From assembly GCA_964636545.1 (NCBI GenBank), contig CAZWSR010000009.1, positions 1-28,347 on the forward strand: a stretch of DNA of 28,347 nucleotides, written 5' to 3'. This document shows positions 7,604 to 16,614 of this stretch, piece by piece. Position 1 is the stretch's first letter. Each line of letters begins with the position of its first letter. This stretch comes from Candidatus Undinarchaeota archaeon (GTDB lineage: Archaea > Undinarchaeota > Undinarchaeia > Undinarchaeales > UBA543). The position numbers and the translations under genes were made by a program. The notes below the pieces were generated by a model that saw nothing but the letters and a program-made list of their open reading frames with translations, searched no databases and was not told the DNA's origin.

Positions 7604-8764
7604 ATGACTCTTATAGACCACAAACATTTTCATCATTTTTTTGCAAACAAAAAGATTAATGAATTATACGGAGCCATGGCAATTTTTCGATTTGGAGTTT
7701 CCTTAATAGCACTCTATGTTCCGATTTTCATGTATCAGCGCGGGTTTTCAATTTCTCAAATATTGATGTTTTTTGTGATTGCAGCAACATATTACACTTT
7801 ATTTTCAATACCAAGCTCTAAATTTACATCACGCTTTGGAGTAAAACACACTATGCTGTTAAGTCTGCCAATTTTAGTTGCTTATTATCTTGGTTTGAAT
7901 TATCTTCATCCTGGAAGTATGCTTTATTACATACTGCCTGGTGTTGCGTCAGCTCATTCTGTTTTGTTTAATATTGCGTATCACCTGAATTTTATAGAAC
8001 ATGCGGAGCGTGACAAAACTGCACGGCAGATGACTGTTCTTAGCATGATTTCTAATATTGTTCAGTTCGCTAGTCCATTCCTTGGTGGTATTATAATAAT
8101 GAATTATGGGTTTGGCGCGAACTTTGCTCTGGGTTCTATCATAATTGTTCTGTCAATGCTCCCTCTTTTGCTTACCAAGGATGTACATGAGCCAATGAGC
8201 TTTTCTGTAAAAGATATTTGGCACTACATAATTTCTAAAAAGCATTTGGGGATGAATCTTTCTTTTCTTGGATATGCTGTTGAGTCCATAATCAGTTTCT
8301 TGCTTTGGCCAGTGTTTCTGATTATTATGCTGAAAACAGTTGCGATGGTCGGTGGCGTTGTATCCTTAACTGCGTTTTTTACAATAACAACAATTTATTT
8401 TATTGCAAAACTTGCAGACAAGTGGGATAAGAAGAAGTTAATAAGAATCGGAACAATATTGCACTTTTTCGGATGGCTTGGTAGATTATTTGTGTACTCA
8501 CCATTAACTATATTTTCTGTTGACACTTACAAAAACATTTCACTGAACACTGTTCAGATCCCTTTGGGTGCTTATTTTTATGAAGTATCACACAAGAAGA
8601 ATTATTTTGAGTTGATTGTTGCTAGAGAAATTATATTTAATGTATCAAGAATCGTAGTTCTGCCATTGTTGGTTCTTTTGTTAAAGTTCAGTGGGCTTGG
8701 TTTCAAAACAGCTTTTGTAGTTGCTGCACTGTTCTCGTTATTGTATATGTGTATAAAAGAATGA
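7604..8764 (+). CDS. MFS transporter
   Basis: 386 aa, about 12 hydrophobic segments, motif-A-like SKFTSRFGVK and AKLADKWDKKK. Confidence 0.85.
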   Translation: MTLIDHKHFHHFFANKKINELYGAMAIFRFGVSLIALYVPIFMYQRGFSISQILMFFVIAATYYTLFSIPSSKFTSRFGVKHTMLLSLPILVAYYLGLNYLHPGSMLYYILPGVASAHSVLFNIAYHLNFIEHAERDKTARQMTVLSMISNIVQFASPFLGGIIIMNYGFGANFALGSIIIVLSMLPLLLTKDVHEPMSFSVKDIWHYIISKKHLGMNLSFLGYAVESIISFLLWPVFLIIMLKTVAMVGGVVSLTAFFTITTIYFIAKLADKWDKKKLIRIGTILHFFGWLGRLFVYSPLTIFSVDTYKNISLNTVQIPLGAYFYEVSHKKNYFELIVAREIIFNVSRIVVLPLLVLLLKFSGLGFKTAFVVAALFSLLYMCIKE

Positions 8765-9049
8765 TTACATTGTTTTTAATCGTTCTTCGCAGATTTCTGC
8801 TTCTTCAGTTCTTCCCATTTTTCTAAGAATTTTTATTCTCAATCTTAATGCTTTTTTGTTATTTGGTTTTTGTGTTAAAGCTCTAGTTACAATTCCAAGT
8901 GCAAGGTCATAATCACCTTTTTTCATATGTGTTTTTGCAACCGACATTCTTGTCCTGAATGTTTCTCTCCCCACTTCTTCTGTTAGTGGCAGAACTCTTG
9001 GTGTTTTTTCCCTCTTATCTTTTTTAGTTTTAAAAAATTTAAATCCCAT
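8765..9049 (-). CDS. Tetratricopeptide-repeat protein
   Basis: KGDYDLALGIVTRALTQKPNNKKAL...KMGRTEEA TPR pattern. Confidence 0.7.
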   Translation of the reverse strand: MGFKFFKTKKDKREKTPRVLPLTEEVGRETFRTRMSVAKTHMKKGDYDLALGIVTRALTQKPNNKKALRLRIKILRKMGRTEEAEICEERLKTM

Positions 9050-9080
9050 AAATAATACTTAGTAAAACAAGTTAATAACT

Positions 9081-9431
9081 CTATTCCTTTTTCTTCCGCT
9101 TCTTTCTTTTCCCTTTAACTTTCTCTTGTTTGAAAACAATTGTTTCGCACCCTTCACACGTAATTGTGTACGGCTTTTCCATGTCAATTTCGCCACCGCC
9201 TTCTTTTCCACAGTTTGGACATTTGTAAGCGTATTTCATCAAGCTTTCAGCATCTTTCTTAAATAAAATATATTTACCAACTCCTCGGCTTAAATAACCT
9301 AAGAATTTCTCATCGCCAAACATAAAATCTTCTGCTTCCTTTTCCAAATTAGCAAGTGTGATTCCAGAACTAGTTGAGGGTTTTGTTACTGCGGCTGAGC
9401 TTGTCTCTTCGTTTGCTTCTGCGAAGCTCAT
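9081..9431 (-). CDS. Zn-ribbon protein (CPNC...CEGC) with basic tail
   Basis: Two CxxC pairs; ATG immediately follows the rpl12 stop (TAAATG). Confidence 0.75.
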   Translation of the reverse strand: MSFAEANEETSSAAVTKPSTSSGITLANLEKEAEDFMFGDEKFLGYLSRGVGKYILFKKDAESLMKYAYKCPNCGKEGGGEIDMEKPYTITCEGCETIVFKQEKVKGKRKKRKKKE

Positions 9432-9725
9432 TTATCCGAACAGAGCTCCAAGCCCTGCAGATGCTGCTGCTTTATCCTCTTCTTTAGTTTCTTCTTTCTT
9501 TTCGCTGGCTGCTTCTCCGCCTGCTGGTGCTGCTGCAGCTGGTGCTGCAACTGCTGCTTCTGAGATTGTCTTTTCAATGTCGACACCGTCTAGTGATGCA
9601 CAAACAGCTTTTATCATAGCTGCGTCTGATTTATCACCAGTAGAGTCAACCACTTTTGAGAGGTTAGCCTCGTTAATCTCTTTTCCTGCAGAGTTCAATA
9701 GCATTGCGCCGTATATGTATTCCAT
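9432..9725 (-). CDS. rpl12: 50S ribosomal stalk protein P1/L12 (archaeal)
   Basis: MEYIYGAMLL N-terminus, Ala-rich hinge, acidic stretch and GLGALFG C-terminus; GGAGG SD at 9738-9734; TATA at about 9774-9781. Confidence 0.96.
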   Translation of the reverse strand: MEYIYGAMLLNSAGKEINEANLSKVVDSTGDKSDAAMIKAVCASLDGVDIEKTISEAAVAAPAAAAPAGGEAASEKKEETKEEDKAAASAGLGALFG

Positions 9726-9836
9726 TTTTTAATCCTCCAATAAATTTGAGTGGCTTATGTGTAGCGTGGGGGGTTTATAAAGTTTGTCCCGATTGATTGG
9801 AAAGGGTTTTATAGTTTGGTTGTAAATAGTTTATTT

Positions 9837-10676
9837 ATGTTTGAAGACGATTTCCTGAAAGGAGTTGAAAAGAAGTATCATTATCAAAAATATAAAAAGA
9901 AATTGGGATCTGCGGCAAATGTTCTTTGGGAGTATGATTCTCTTTTGCGTTTTCTTGCAATGCTTGTATATTTTTTTGGTTATGTTGATTCCACGTTTAA
10001 AACATCTAATAAAACAGAACTCACTGTTGTTGATGTAGGTGCTGGTCTTATGCCATATTTACATCCATTATTAACTTTCTTAAAGCATCCATATAGAAAA
10101 GATATTAAAGTAAATTTACTTGCACTTGAACCCGAGGATCATAAAATTGAACTTACAAAACTGCAAATAGATGAGCTTGGTATTGATGATAGTGTTATTA
10201 CTCTTAGTGGAAAGCGTGGAGAGTCTATTGATAAAGTTTGTGAGGAACATGGCATAGATAATATCGATGTACTTTTTTTGTTTAATTTTAGACATACTGA
10301 AAGTGTTGAAGAAGTTTTAAAAAGGGTAAAAGGAAAATTAAAAAATCTTCCTTTTGTTTTTGTTGCAGTTTTTAGTGAGTTTGATCATGCACAGGTAGTA
10401 GAAGATGCAAAAAAGCTTAAAACTTATTTTCCTGAACACATGAAAAAATATATTAACTCTTTAGAATCTTTTGAAGAACTGAATACCTCTATTGGAATAT
10501 TCAAAAAACATGAGCTAACACCATCTCGTTTATTAAATCTCATTAAATCTACATTTGGTGATGATTCTGAAACAGTTTTTTCTAATCAAAATCCATATCC
10601 ACCTAGCAAAGGCAACTCTCTCGTTGCAGCTGGTTATAGACATGTTACTTTATTAGCTCCTAAAAAACAAAAATGA
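9837..10676 (+). CDS. Putative class I SAM-dependent methyltransferase-fold protein
   Basis: VVDVGAG motif I followed by LLALEP (acidic residue at end of beta-2) and IDVLFL; ATGA overlap with the next gene. Confidence 0.55.
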   Translation: MFEDDFLKGVEKKYHYQKYKKKLGSAANVLWEYDSLLRFLAMLVYFFGYVDSTFKTSNKTELTVVDVGAGLMPYLHPLLTFLKHPYRKDIKVNLLALEPEDHKIELTKLQIDELGIDDSVITLSGKRGESIDKVCEEHGIDNIDVLFLFNFRHTESVEEVLKRVKGKLKNLPFVFVAVFSEFDHAQVVEDAKKLKTYFPEHMKKYINSLESFEELNTSIGIFKKHELTPSRLLNLIKSTFGDDSETVFSNQNPYPPSKGNSLVAAGYRHVTLLAPKKQK

Positions 10677-11380
10677 AAACAGCAATCCTCTTCTCAGGTG
10701 GAAAAGATTCCACAATGGCACTTTACTGGTGCTTACAGAATGCATATACTGTAAAGTATCTTGTATCTGCTTTTCCAGCAAATCCTGACAGTATGCTGTT
10801 CCACACTTCTAATATTGAATTAGTTAGGTTAATCTCAGAAGCAATTGGAATTGAATTAATTGAAGTTCCAATAACTTCTCAGGACGACAAGGGGGAAACT
10901 GAAGAACTAAAAAAAGCTTTAGAAAAGTTACGAAAAACGAACAACGAAAAACCAACAACCAATCACATTGATTCAATAGCAGTTGGCGGCGTCTCCTCAA
11001 ATTATCAAGGCAAAATCTTTGGGAAAATGGCTGAGGAATTAGAAGTATCTCTTTTAGCACCGTACTGGAATGTTCCACACTCTGATTTAATTCAAGAAGC
11101 AATTGATGCTGGTTTCAAAATTATTTTCACAAGTGTTTCAGCAGATGGATTAGATGAATCCTGGCTTGGAAAAGAATTAAACACTCAAACCTTTGAAGAA
11201 CTGAAAACGCTCTGCGAAAAGTACAGAATCAACATTGGCGGAGAAGGCGGCGAATATTGCACAACTGTTATTGACGGTCCGATTTTCAAAAAATCAATCA
11301 AAATTATTGAGTCAGAAACTAAATTTTCTGGAATGAGTGGTAAATATTTCATAAAAAAAGCTGAGCTAACAGATAAATAG
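10673..11380 (+). CDS. dph6: Diphthine--ammonia ligase (Dph6 / PP-loop ATPase family)
   Basis: LFSGGKDS, SMLFH, GLDESWLG and GEGGEYCTTVIDGPIFKK motifs. Confidence 0.88.
   Translation: MKTAILFSGGKDSTMALYWCLQNAYTVKYLVSAFPANPDSMLFHTSNIELVRLISEAIGIELIEVPITSQDDKGETEELKKALEKLRKTNNEKPTTNHIDSIAVGGVSSNYQGKIFGKMAEELEVSLLAPYWNVPHSDLIQEAIDAGFKIIFTSVSADGLDESWLGKELNTQTFEELKTLCEKYRINIGGEGGEYCTTVIDGPIFKKSIKIIESETKFSGMSGKYFIKKAELTDK
10930..10964. repeat. In-frame heptamer tandem array in dph6
   Basis: acgaaaa-acgaaca-acgaaaa-accaaca-accaatc, encoding RKTNNEKPTTN. Confidence 0.65.
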
Positions 11381-11404
11381 TAGTTCTACTATTCTTTGGT
11401 TATT

Positions 11405-11809
11405 ATGTCACCAAATCCACCTGAACCATTACCAATTCGTCTTGATAAAGATGCATTATTAAAATCTATAGAACAGAATGCAGAGGAAACTGGCATTCCT
11501 AAGGATCTTGATGATTATAACAAAAAAATAAAGTTACTTTTTCAAAAAAAAGATACAATTGGCATACTCTTATCAATGGTAGATATTCGAATACAACAAT
11601 GTGAAAAACTAATTTCAATGTTTGGTTTCTTATTTAAAAATCCTTTATTGGCGTTTATTAAAGATATATATCCTCGAGTAGATCATGTTCGTAATGCCAA
11701 GAGCATACTTGGCGGCGCTACTTCTCAATTTACTGCAGAAATTGTAGAACTCAAGAAAATAAAAAAATCTATTGAATCTGGCAAAGGGCCTGGCGTTGTT
11801 CTTGAATAA
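11405..11809 (+). CDS. Hypothetical protein
   Basis: 134 aa ORF filling the gap between genes; no recognised motif. Confidence 0.6.
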   Translation: MSPNPPEPLPIRLDKDALLKSIEQNAEETGIPKDLDDYNKKIKLLFQKKDTIGILLSMVDIRIQQCEKLISMFGFLFKNPLLAFIKDIYPRVDHVRNAKSILGGATSQFTAEIVELKKIKKSIESGKGPGVVLE

Positions 11810-11874
11810 GTAGTTTATTCTACTCCCAAAACTATTAAAACACTCAACCCACTATATTTTTTGGAGGAATTAAT

Positions 11875-12474
11875 TTGGACATTGTACTAGTCATGCTGCT
11901 CTGTGTATACCTCGCCCAAGGAGCACTGCTGTTCTTTGACAGATTCCTAGAACCCAAGCGGCTGAAGTGGCTCATGGCTGTTGGTATTTTCGCACTTATT
12001 CTCTCATTTATTAATCACACACTCTTTCTTTTTGTTCTTCTTTTTGCTCTTGTTTTCTTTTCACGCACTTGTCGATTATCTGATTATGGTTTCAGTTATC
12101 ATTTCACATTAATTGTTGCAATTGGTTTTGTTTTTGGACCAATTGCTGGATTATTATTTGGTTTGGTTCCTCGCTTATTAATCCCATATGTCCGCCCAGA
12201 TATCCAGATTATTGACATAATAATTGGTTCAATTATCCTGACACTTGTTGGCCTTGCTAGTGGTTTCATCTCGTTTTTCTCACCTGATCTTTTCCTTTCA
12301 GCCGCCCTCATTCTTCTCATTATTTACAATATAACTCGCTTTGTTGCGCTTTATGGAAAAATCCATTCAGCCAAAAACTCAATCCGGATCATTATCAATA
12401 TCGCACTCAATTACTATCTCATAACTTTCTATCTCATTAAAGGGATGGGAATGCTTGGATATGTTGCATCATGA
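11875..12474 (+). CDS. Integral membrane protein, possibly ECF S-component-like
   Basis: About 6-7 TM segments; IGFVFGPIAGLLFG resembles the S-component G..FGP..G pattern; GGAGG SD at 11863-11867 before TTG. Confidence 0.6.
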   Translation: MDIVLVMLLCVYLAQGALLFFDRFLEPKRLKWLMAVGIFALILSFINHTLFLFVLLFALVFFSRTCRLSDYGFSYHFTLIVAIGFVFGPIAGLLFGLVPRLLIPYVRPDIQIIDIIIGSIILTLVGLASGFISFFSPDLFLSAALILLIIYNITRFVALYGKIHSAKNSIRIIINIALNYYLITFYLIKGMGMLGYVAS

Positions 12475-12508
12475 AAATCACATTCAAAATTCACCGAGGG
12501 AGAATTCA

Positions 12509-13399
12509 ATGAAAGATATACTACGAACTAAAGCAAAAGAATACAAAGAGAAATTTGCTATCTGGCGAAAACGTCCGACTAGCACTTTCGAAGAAGTTGC
12601 AGATATTTGGGCAAAGAAGCCTATTCTGGAGCATGCGTACAAGGATGCTCTCTACATGTTGCAACGTGACAAATTCATGTTTAATGAAGTTTGTAATGTT
12701 CTGATTTCTGGAATTACAATTCGGAAAGAGCACGGTGACAAGAATATTGTGGATATAATTACTGCTGAAGATCTTAAAATTAATCAGAATGCTCAGAAAC
12801 TCCGCAGTCGCATAATGGAATACCTTGGTGCAAATTCTGCTCCAAATGTTCCATCTGCTTTGATTTTGACAAGTATCATAATTGATCTTGAGCGGCTTGG
12901 CGATTATACAAAAGATCTTGCGCGTTTGACTTTGCTGAAACCAATTGAAATGAAAGGCAAATATTTTACAGGGGTCTGCAATGTTAAAAACAAAATCCTG
13001 AAAATGTTTGAGCTTACAATAAATGCTTTTGAGAACAAAAACAAGGAGCAAGCAACTGAAGCAATGAATGTGAATAGCGACATTCGCAAAGACACTGATA
13101 ACATTCTGCACCAATTAGATGCTGATAAGAATCTTGAAGGTCACTATGGTGTTGTGTATGCATTTTATTTGAGATTTTTCAGACGAGTTTCAGCTCACTT
13201 GGAAAATATTGCATCAAGTGTAATTGCGCCATTCCCTTATTTGGGTTTTACAAAAAGCATTGAATTTATAAAAAATGCAGAAGATGCAAAAAAGAAAAAA
13301 GAAGGGAAAGAAGAAAAGAAAGCAGAAAAACAAAAAGCAAAAGGTGAAGAACCAAAAGTTGAATTAAAAGAACTAGTAAATGTTGGAGAAAAACATTAG
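12509..13399 (+). CDS. PhoU-domain protein with Lys/Glu-rich tail
   Basis: DLERLGDYTKDLA and RRVSAHLENIA repeats of PhoU; GAGGG SD upstream of ATG 12509. Confidence 0.8.
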   Translation: MKDILRTKAKEYKEKFAIWRKRPTSTFEEVADIWAKKPILEHAYKDALYMLQRDKFMFNEVCNVLISGITIRKEHGDKNIVDIITAEDLKINQNAQKLRSRIMEYLGANSAPNVPSALILTSIIIDLERLGDYTKDLARLTLLKPIEMKGKYFTGVCNVKNKILKMFELTINAFENKNKEQATEAMNVNSDIRKDTDNILHQLDADKNLEGHYGVVYAFYLRFFRRVSAHLENIASSVIAPFPYLGFTKSIEFIKNAEDAKKKKEGKEEKKAEKQKAKGEEPKVELKELVNVGEKH

Positions 13400-14100
13400 A
13401 AACCGACTTGCGTGCCTGTGAATTTTTCGCCAGCAAGAATCTTGGCAATATTTTCAAGGTTTTTGCCATTTACAATAGCGATTTTAATCTTTTCCTTAAC
13501 AAGTAATTCACTTGCTTTTGCATCCATTATTGTTGGCGCACATGCTTGAGTATGTTCTTGGTCGCCAAGTTTTCTTAATTCTGCAAATGTAAGTTTTTTT
13601 AGTGGTTTTGCATTTTCGAATTCATTTGGGTCTTTGTCATAAGCATAATCAACATTTGTTCCTTTGATAATCATTTTTGCTCCCCATGTTTTTGCAATTT
13701 CAACTGCAACAGCATCTGTTCGCTGTCTTGGCCTAAAACCACCTGAGATTATTATTTTTTCTGGATATTTTTTTGTAAGTTCTGAGAATTCTGCTTCTGA
13801 TCGTGGAATTTCTGGACAAGCAATTTCTCCAAGAGCTGAAATCAGCATTGCTGCATTTACTCTTGCAACCATTATTCCAACCATATCAATTTTATCTTCA
13901 TCTGTTGTAAAACTTCTACAAATCTTTGCAAATTCTCTTGAATATTTTCCTGCTCCAACAACAATTGCAAACTCGTGATTTTCTCTATGTGTTGCTAAAA
14001 ATATGCCTAATTCTCTAATAAATTCAGTATCTGCTCCGCTCTCAGGCATGAAAATTGAACCACCGAATTTAAGAACGGCTTTCATCTTTTTATTCACCAT
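13396..14100 (-). CDS. pyrH: UMP kinase
   Basis: VLKFGGS, D.VGI...R.NA, GGFRPRQRTDAVA and TNVDYAYDKDP motifs. Confidence 0.92.
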   Translation of the reverse strand: MVNKKMKAVLKFGGSIFMPESGADTEFIRELGIFLATHRENHEFAIVVGAGKYSREFAKICRSFTTDEDKIDMVGIMVARVNAAMLISALGEIACPEIPRSEAEFSELTKKYPEKIIISGGFRPRQRTDAVAVEIAKTWGAKMIIKGTNVDYAYDKDPNEFENAKPLKKLTFAELRKLGDQEHTQACAPTIMDAKASELLVKEKIKIAIVNGKNLENIAKILAGEKFTGTQVGF

Positions 14101-14332
14101 ACATATCTGGTTTTTTCTTTATGTTTAACCCTTTAGCTATCAAAACTTTGCGGGATACAAATCCAGCAAGCTTGTTTCTAACCATTTTGCTTGGGCTGTT
14201 TAGGGTACCATCGTTTATCATTTGCTGTAATTCTTTTTTGTTATGGTCAAACTCAGGCGTAAAACGCTCTGCGTCCTTTTCCATAAGTGCTTTTCCTATT
14301 CTCTTGATAAACTTCTGTTTTATACTTCCCAT
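14090..14332 (-). CDS. rps17e: 30S ribosomal protein S17e
   Basis: MGSIKQKFIKR...FTPEFDHNK...SKMVRNKLAGFV. Confidence 0.94.
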   Translation of the reverse strand: MGSIKQKFIKRIGKALMEKDAERFTPEFDHNKKELQQMINDGTLNSPSKMVRNKLAGFVSRKVLIAKGLNIKKKPDMYGE

Positions 14333-14382
14333 CGTGCTTTTTTAATCAGGTACGGGGTTTATAAATTTATGCTATTTGTTAA

Positions 14383-14457
14383 GATTTTGGAATTTAGAAT
14401 TTGGAATTTAGAATTTGGGGTCAATTCTAAACTCAAAAATCTAAACTCTAAATTCTA
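14383..14457. repeat. Inverted pair of heptamer arrays (gaatttR x5 / taaaYtc x5)
   Basis: gattttg-gaattta-gaatttg-gaattta-gaatttg ggg tcaattc-taaactc-aaaaatc-taaactc-taaattc, between the divergent rps17e and corA promoters. Confidence 0.8.
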
Positions 14458-14500
14458 TGTGAAACTTAACTTTATAAACCAACATCTACTATTTGTCCAT

Positions 14501-15544
14501 ATGGAAAAACCAACAAAAAATCCGATTTCTGTTGGGAAATCTATTGTTATTAAAACTAAGAACCCAACAGTTCTTCGAGTTCTTGATTATACAAAATCTG
14601 GTGTTATTGACAGAAAACTTACAAATGTTAAAGAATGTTTTAAATTTAAAAACAAGGCATCTGTGTCTTGGATTAATATTACTGGAACACCCGATACGAA
14701 TTTTTTGAATTCACTTGCAAAACATTTCAAGCTCCATCACCTTACACTTGGAGATTTATCTAATCTTGAACATCGCCCAAAATTTGAAAATCTTGAAGAT
14801 TATTTGTTTCTTATTCTTAAATTAGTATATTATGATGAAATAAAGAAAGAAGTGCGTACCCAGCAAGTTGGAATTATTCTTGGGCAAAAATTTGTTTTGT
14901 GTTTCCAGGAAAAAGAAACTGATGTTTTTAATAAAATAATCAAGCGGATAAAGGATAGCAACGATAGAATCAGAAGAAACAGTACAGATTATCTAGTGTA
15001 TGAACTGGTTGATTCAGTTATTAATAATTATTTTATTGTTCTTGAAAAACTGGAAGATGATTTGGAGCGCATAGAGAAAGAAGTTTTACAGGATCCAAAT
15101 GAGCATACTTCATGAATGATTCACAAGATTGAAAGTGAGATTTTGTTTTTGCGAAAGTCAGTCTGGCCATTAAAAGAAGTAATAAACAGTCTGGAGAAAA
15201 TTGATTCAAAATTAATTAAAAAACCAACTAAAGTTTATCTGCATCACGCATATGACAGCATAATTCATGTGACTGACTCGCTTGAAACTTTTCGGGAAAT
15301 GAATTCAGATATGCTTAATATTTATCTTTCAAGTGTGAATAACCGAATGAATGAAGTAATGAAAGTGCTTACAATTATTGCAACAATTTTCATTCCACTT
15401 ACTTTTATTACTGGATTGTACGGGATGAACTTCAAATTCATGCCGGAATTGTATATGCGATTGGCGTATCCTGCGGTTTTGGGTATAATGGGCGCTATTT
15501 CACTTGGTATGGTGATTTATTTCAAAAGGAAGAAGTGGTTCTGA
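14501..15544 (+). pseudogene. corA: Magnesium/cobalt transporter CorA interrupted by one in-frame TGA (15113-15115); split gene or nonsense allele
   Basis: SWINITG, HRPKFE, LRKSVWP, MNEVMKVLT and YGMNF..MPEL motifs; both parts in the same frame, 347 codons if joined; TATA at 14471-14478. Confidence 0.85.
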
Positions 15545-15588
15545 TAAGCAAAGCTTTTAATACGCGAATGTTTTGAATAATTGGGTAT

Positions 15589-16614
15589 ATGACAACAGAA
15601 TTAGCACAATTACGAGAGAAGTGCATGAAACGCACAAGAGTTGACTTGAAAATAGCTTTAGCCTTGCCTGACCGCGTAATTTCTCAAGCAGTTTCAGCAA
15701 TTGGCGAACTTGAGGAGTCACTTTGCGTTAGTTCTGATCGTTTGCGAGAATGGTATTCACTTTATTATCCAGAAGCAGTTAAAAGAATTCGAAAACAGGA
15801 TGCATTTGCACGAATAACTGCAGAGAAGAAGCAGAGAAGCGATTTTAAGGACATTGAGCAAGATAGTATTGGTGCTGATTTGTCTGGAAAAGATCTTTAC
15901 ATTCTTCAGGGTTTTGCAAAATCACTTTCTGGTTTATATTCAAAAAAAGGCGAGCTTGAAGAATATCTTGAAAAATTAATGAAAAGGCATTTTAAGAATT
16001 TGTACGCTGTTGCAGGATCTATTGTTGGTGCAAAATTAATTGCGCATTGCGGTGATTCTGCTCGATTAGCAACACTTCCTTCTTCAACAATTCAGGTGCT
16101 TGGAGCTGAGAAAGCATTGTTCAGACACTTGATAACTGGTGCAAAGCCACCAAAATACGGAATTATTTTAAATCATAATTTATTGCAGAATGCTAGAAAA
16201 GAACAACGTGGAAAAATTGCACGTGCGCTTGCTTCTGTTATTAGCTTGGCAATTAAAGTTGATGTTTACAGTCAGGACGATCAAATTGAATTCCTTACAA
16301 AGAAATTAGAGAATAAGCTTAAGGTTATTGAAAGAAGAGCAGCAAGTAAAAATTATGGCGCTCCGGAAAATAGGAAATCTGAAAATAAGAAACAAGAAAA
16401 TAAGAAATCTGACTACAAAAAACCTGAAAATAAAAAGTCAGAAACTAAGAAACAAGATTTCAAGAAATCCAATTACAAAAAACCTGAAAACAAGAAACAA
16501 GAATACAGAAAACAGGATTACAAGAAAAAAGGAAATCGGGGGCCAAGAGGTCAAAATCCAGTGCATCGTGATTTCCAGCTTTCTGGACCTACAAAGCGGG
16601 GTAGAAGAAGATGA
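15589..16614 (+). CDS. nop5: C/D box RNP core protein Nop5 (Nop56/58)
   Basis: LREWYSLYYPE, PSSTIQVLGAEKALFRHL, PPKYGII and RGKIARALA motifs. Confidence 0.95.
   Translation: MTTELAQLREKCMKRTRVDLKIALALPDRVISQAVSAIGELEESLCVSSDRLREWYSLYYPEAVKRIRKQDAFARITAEKKQRSDFKDIEQDSIGADLSGKDLYILQGFAKSLSGLYSKKGELEEYLEKLMKRHFKNLYAVAGSIVGAKLIAHCGDSARLATLPSSTIQVLGAEKALFRHLITGAKPPKYGIILNHNLLQNARKEQRGKIARALASVISLAIKVDVYSQDDQIEFLTKKLENKLKVIERRAASKNYGAPENRKSENKKQENKKSDYKKPENKKSETKKQDFKKSNYKKPENKKQEYRKQDYKKKGNRGPRGQNPVHRDFQLSGPTKRGRRR
16366..16530 (+). repeat. 11 x 15-nt coding tandem repeat in the Nop5 tail
   Basis: ENRKS ENKKQ ENKKS DYKKP ENKKS ETKKQ DFKKS NYKKP ENKKQ EYRKQ DYKKK. Confidence 0.85.

Noticed and set aside
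9358-9732. 124-aa plus-strand ORF
   Set aside because: Antisense shadow of rpl12; the other short antisense or overlapping ORFs in the track were rejected for the same reason.
14243-14500. 86-aa N-terminal extension of CorA in the ORF track
   Set aside because: It overlaps rps17e antisense and runs through the heptamer array; the TATA position supports ATG 14501.
15113-15115. Genome-wide UGA recoding or selenocysteine in corA
   Set aside because: TGA ends valS, corA, rbr and others at their expected C-termini, and the site is not a recognisable Cys position.
16366-16530. CRISPR array
   Set aside because: These are 15-nt degenerate coding repeats without spacers; no cas genes or repeat-spacer pattern were seen anywhere in the window.
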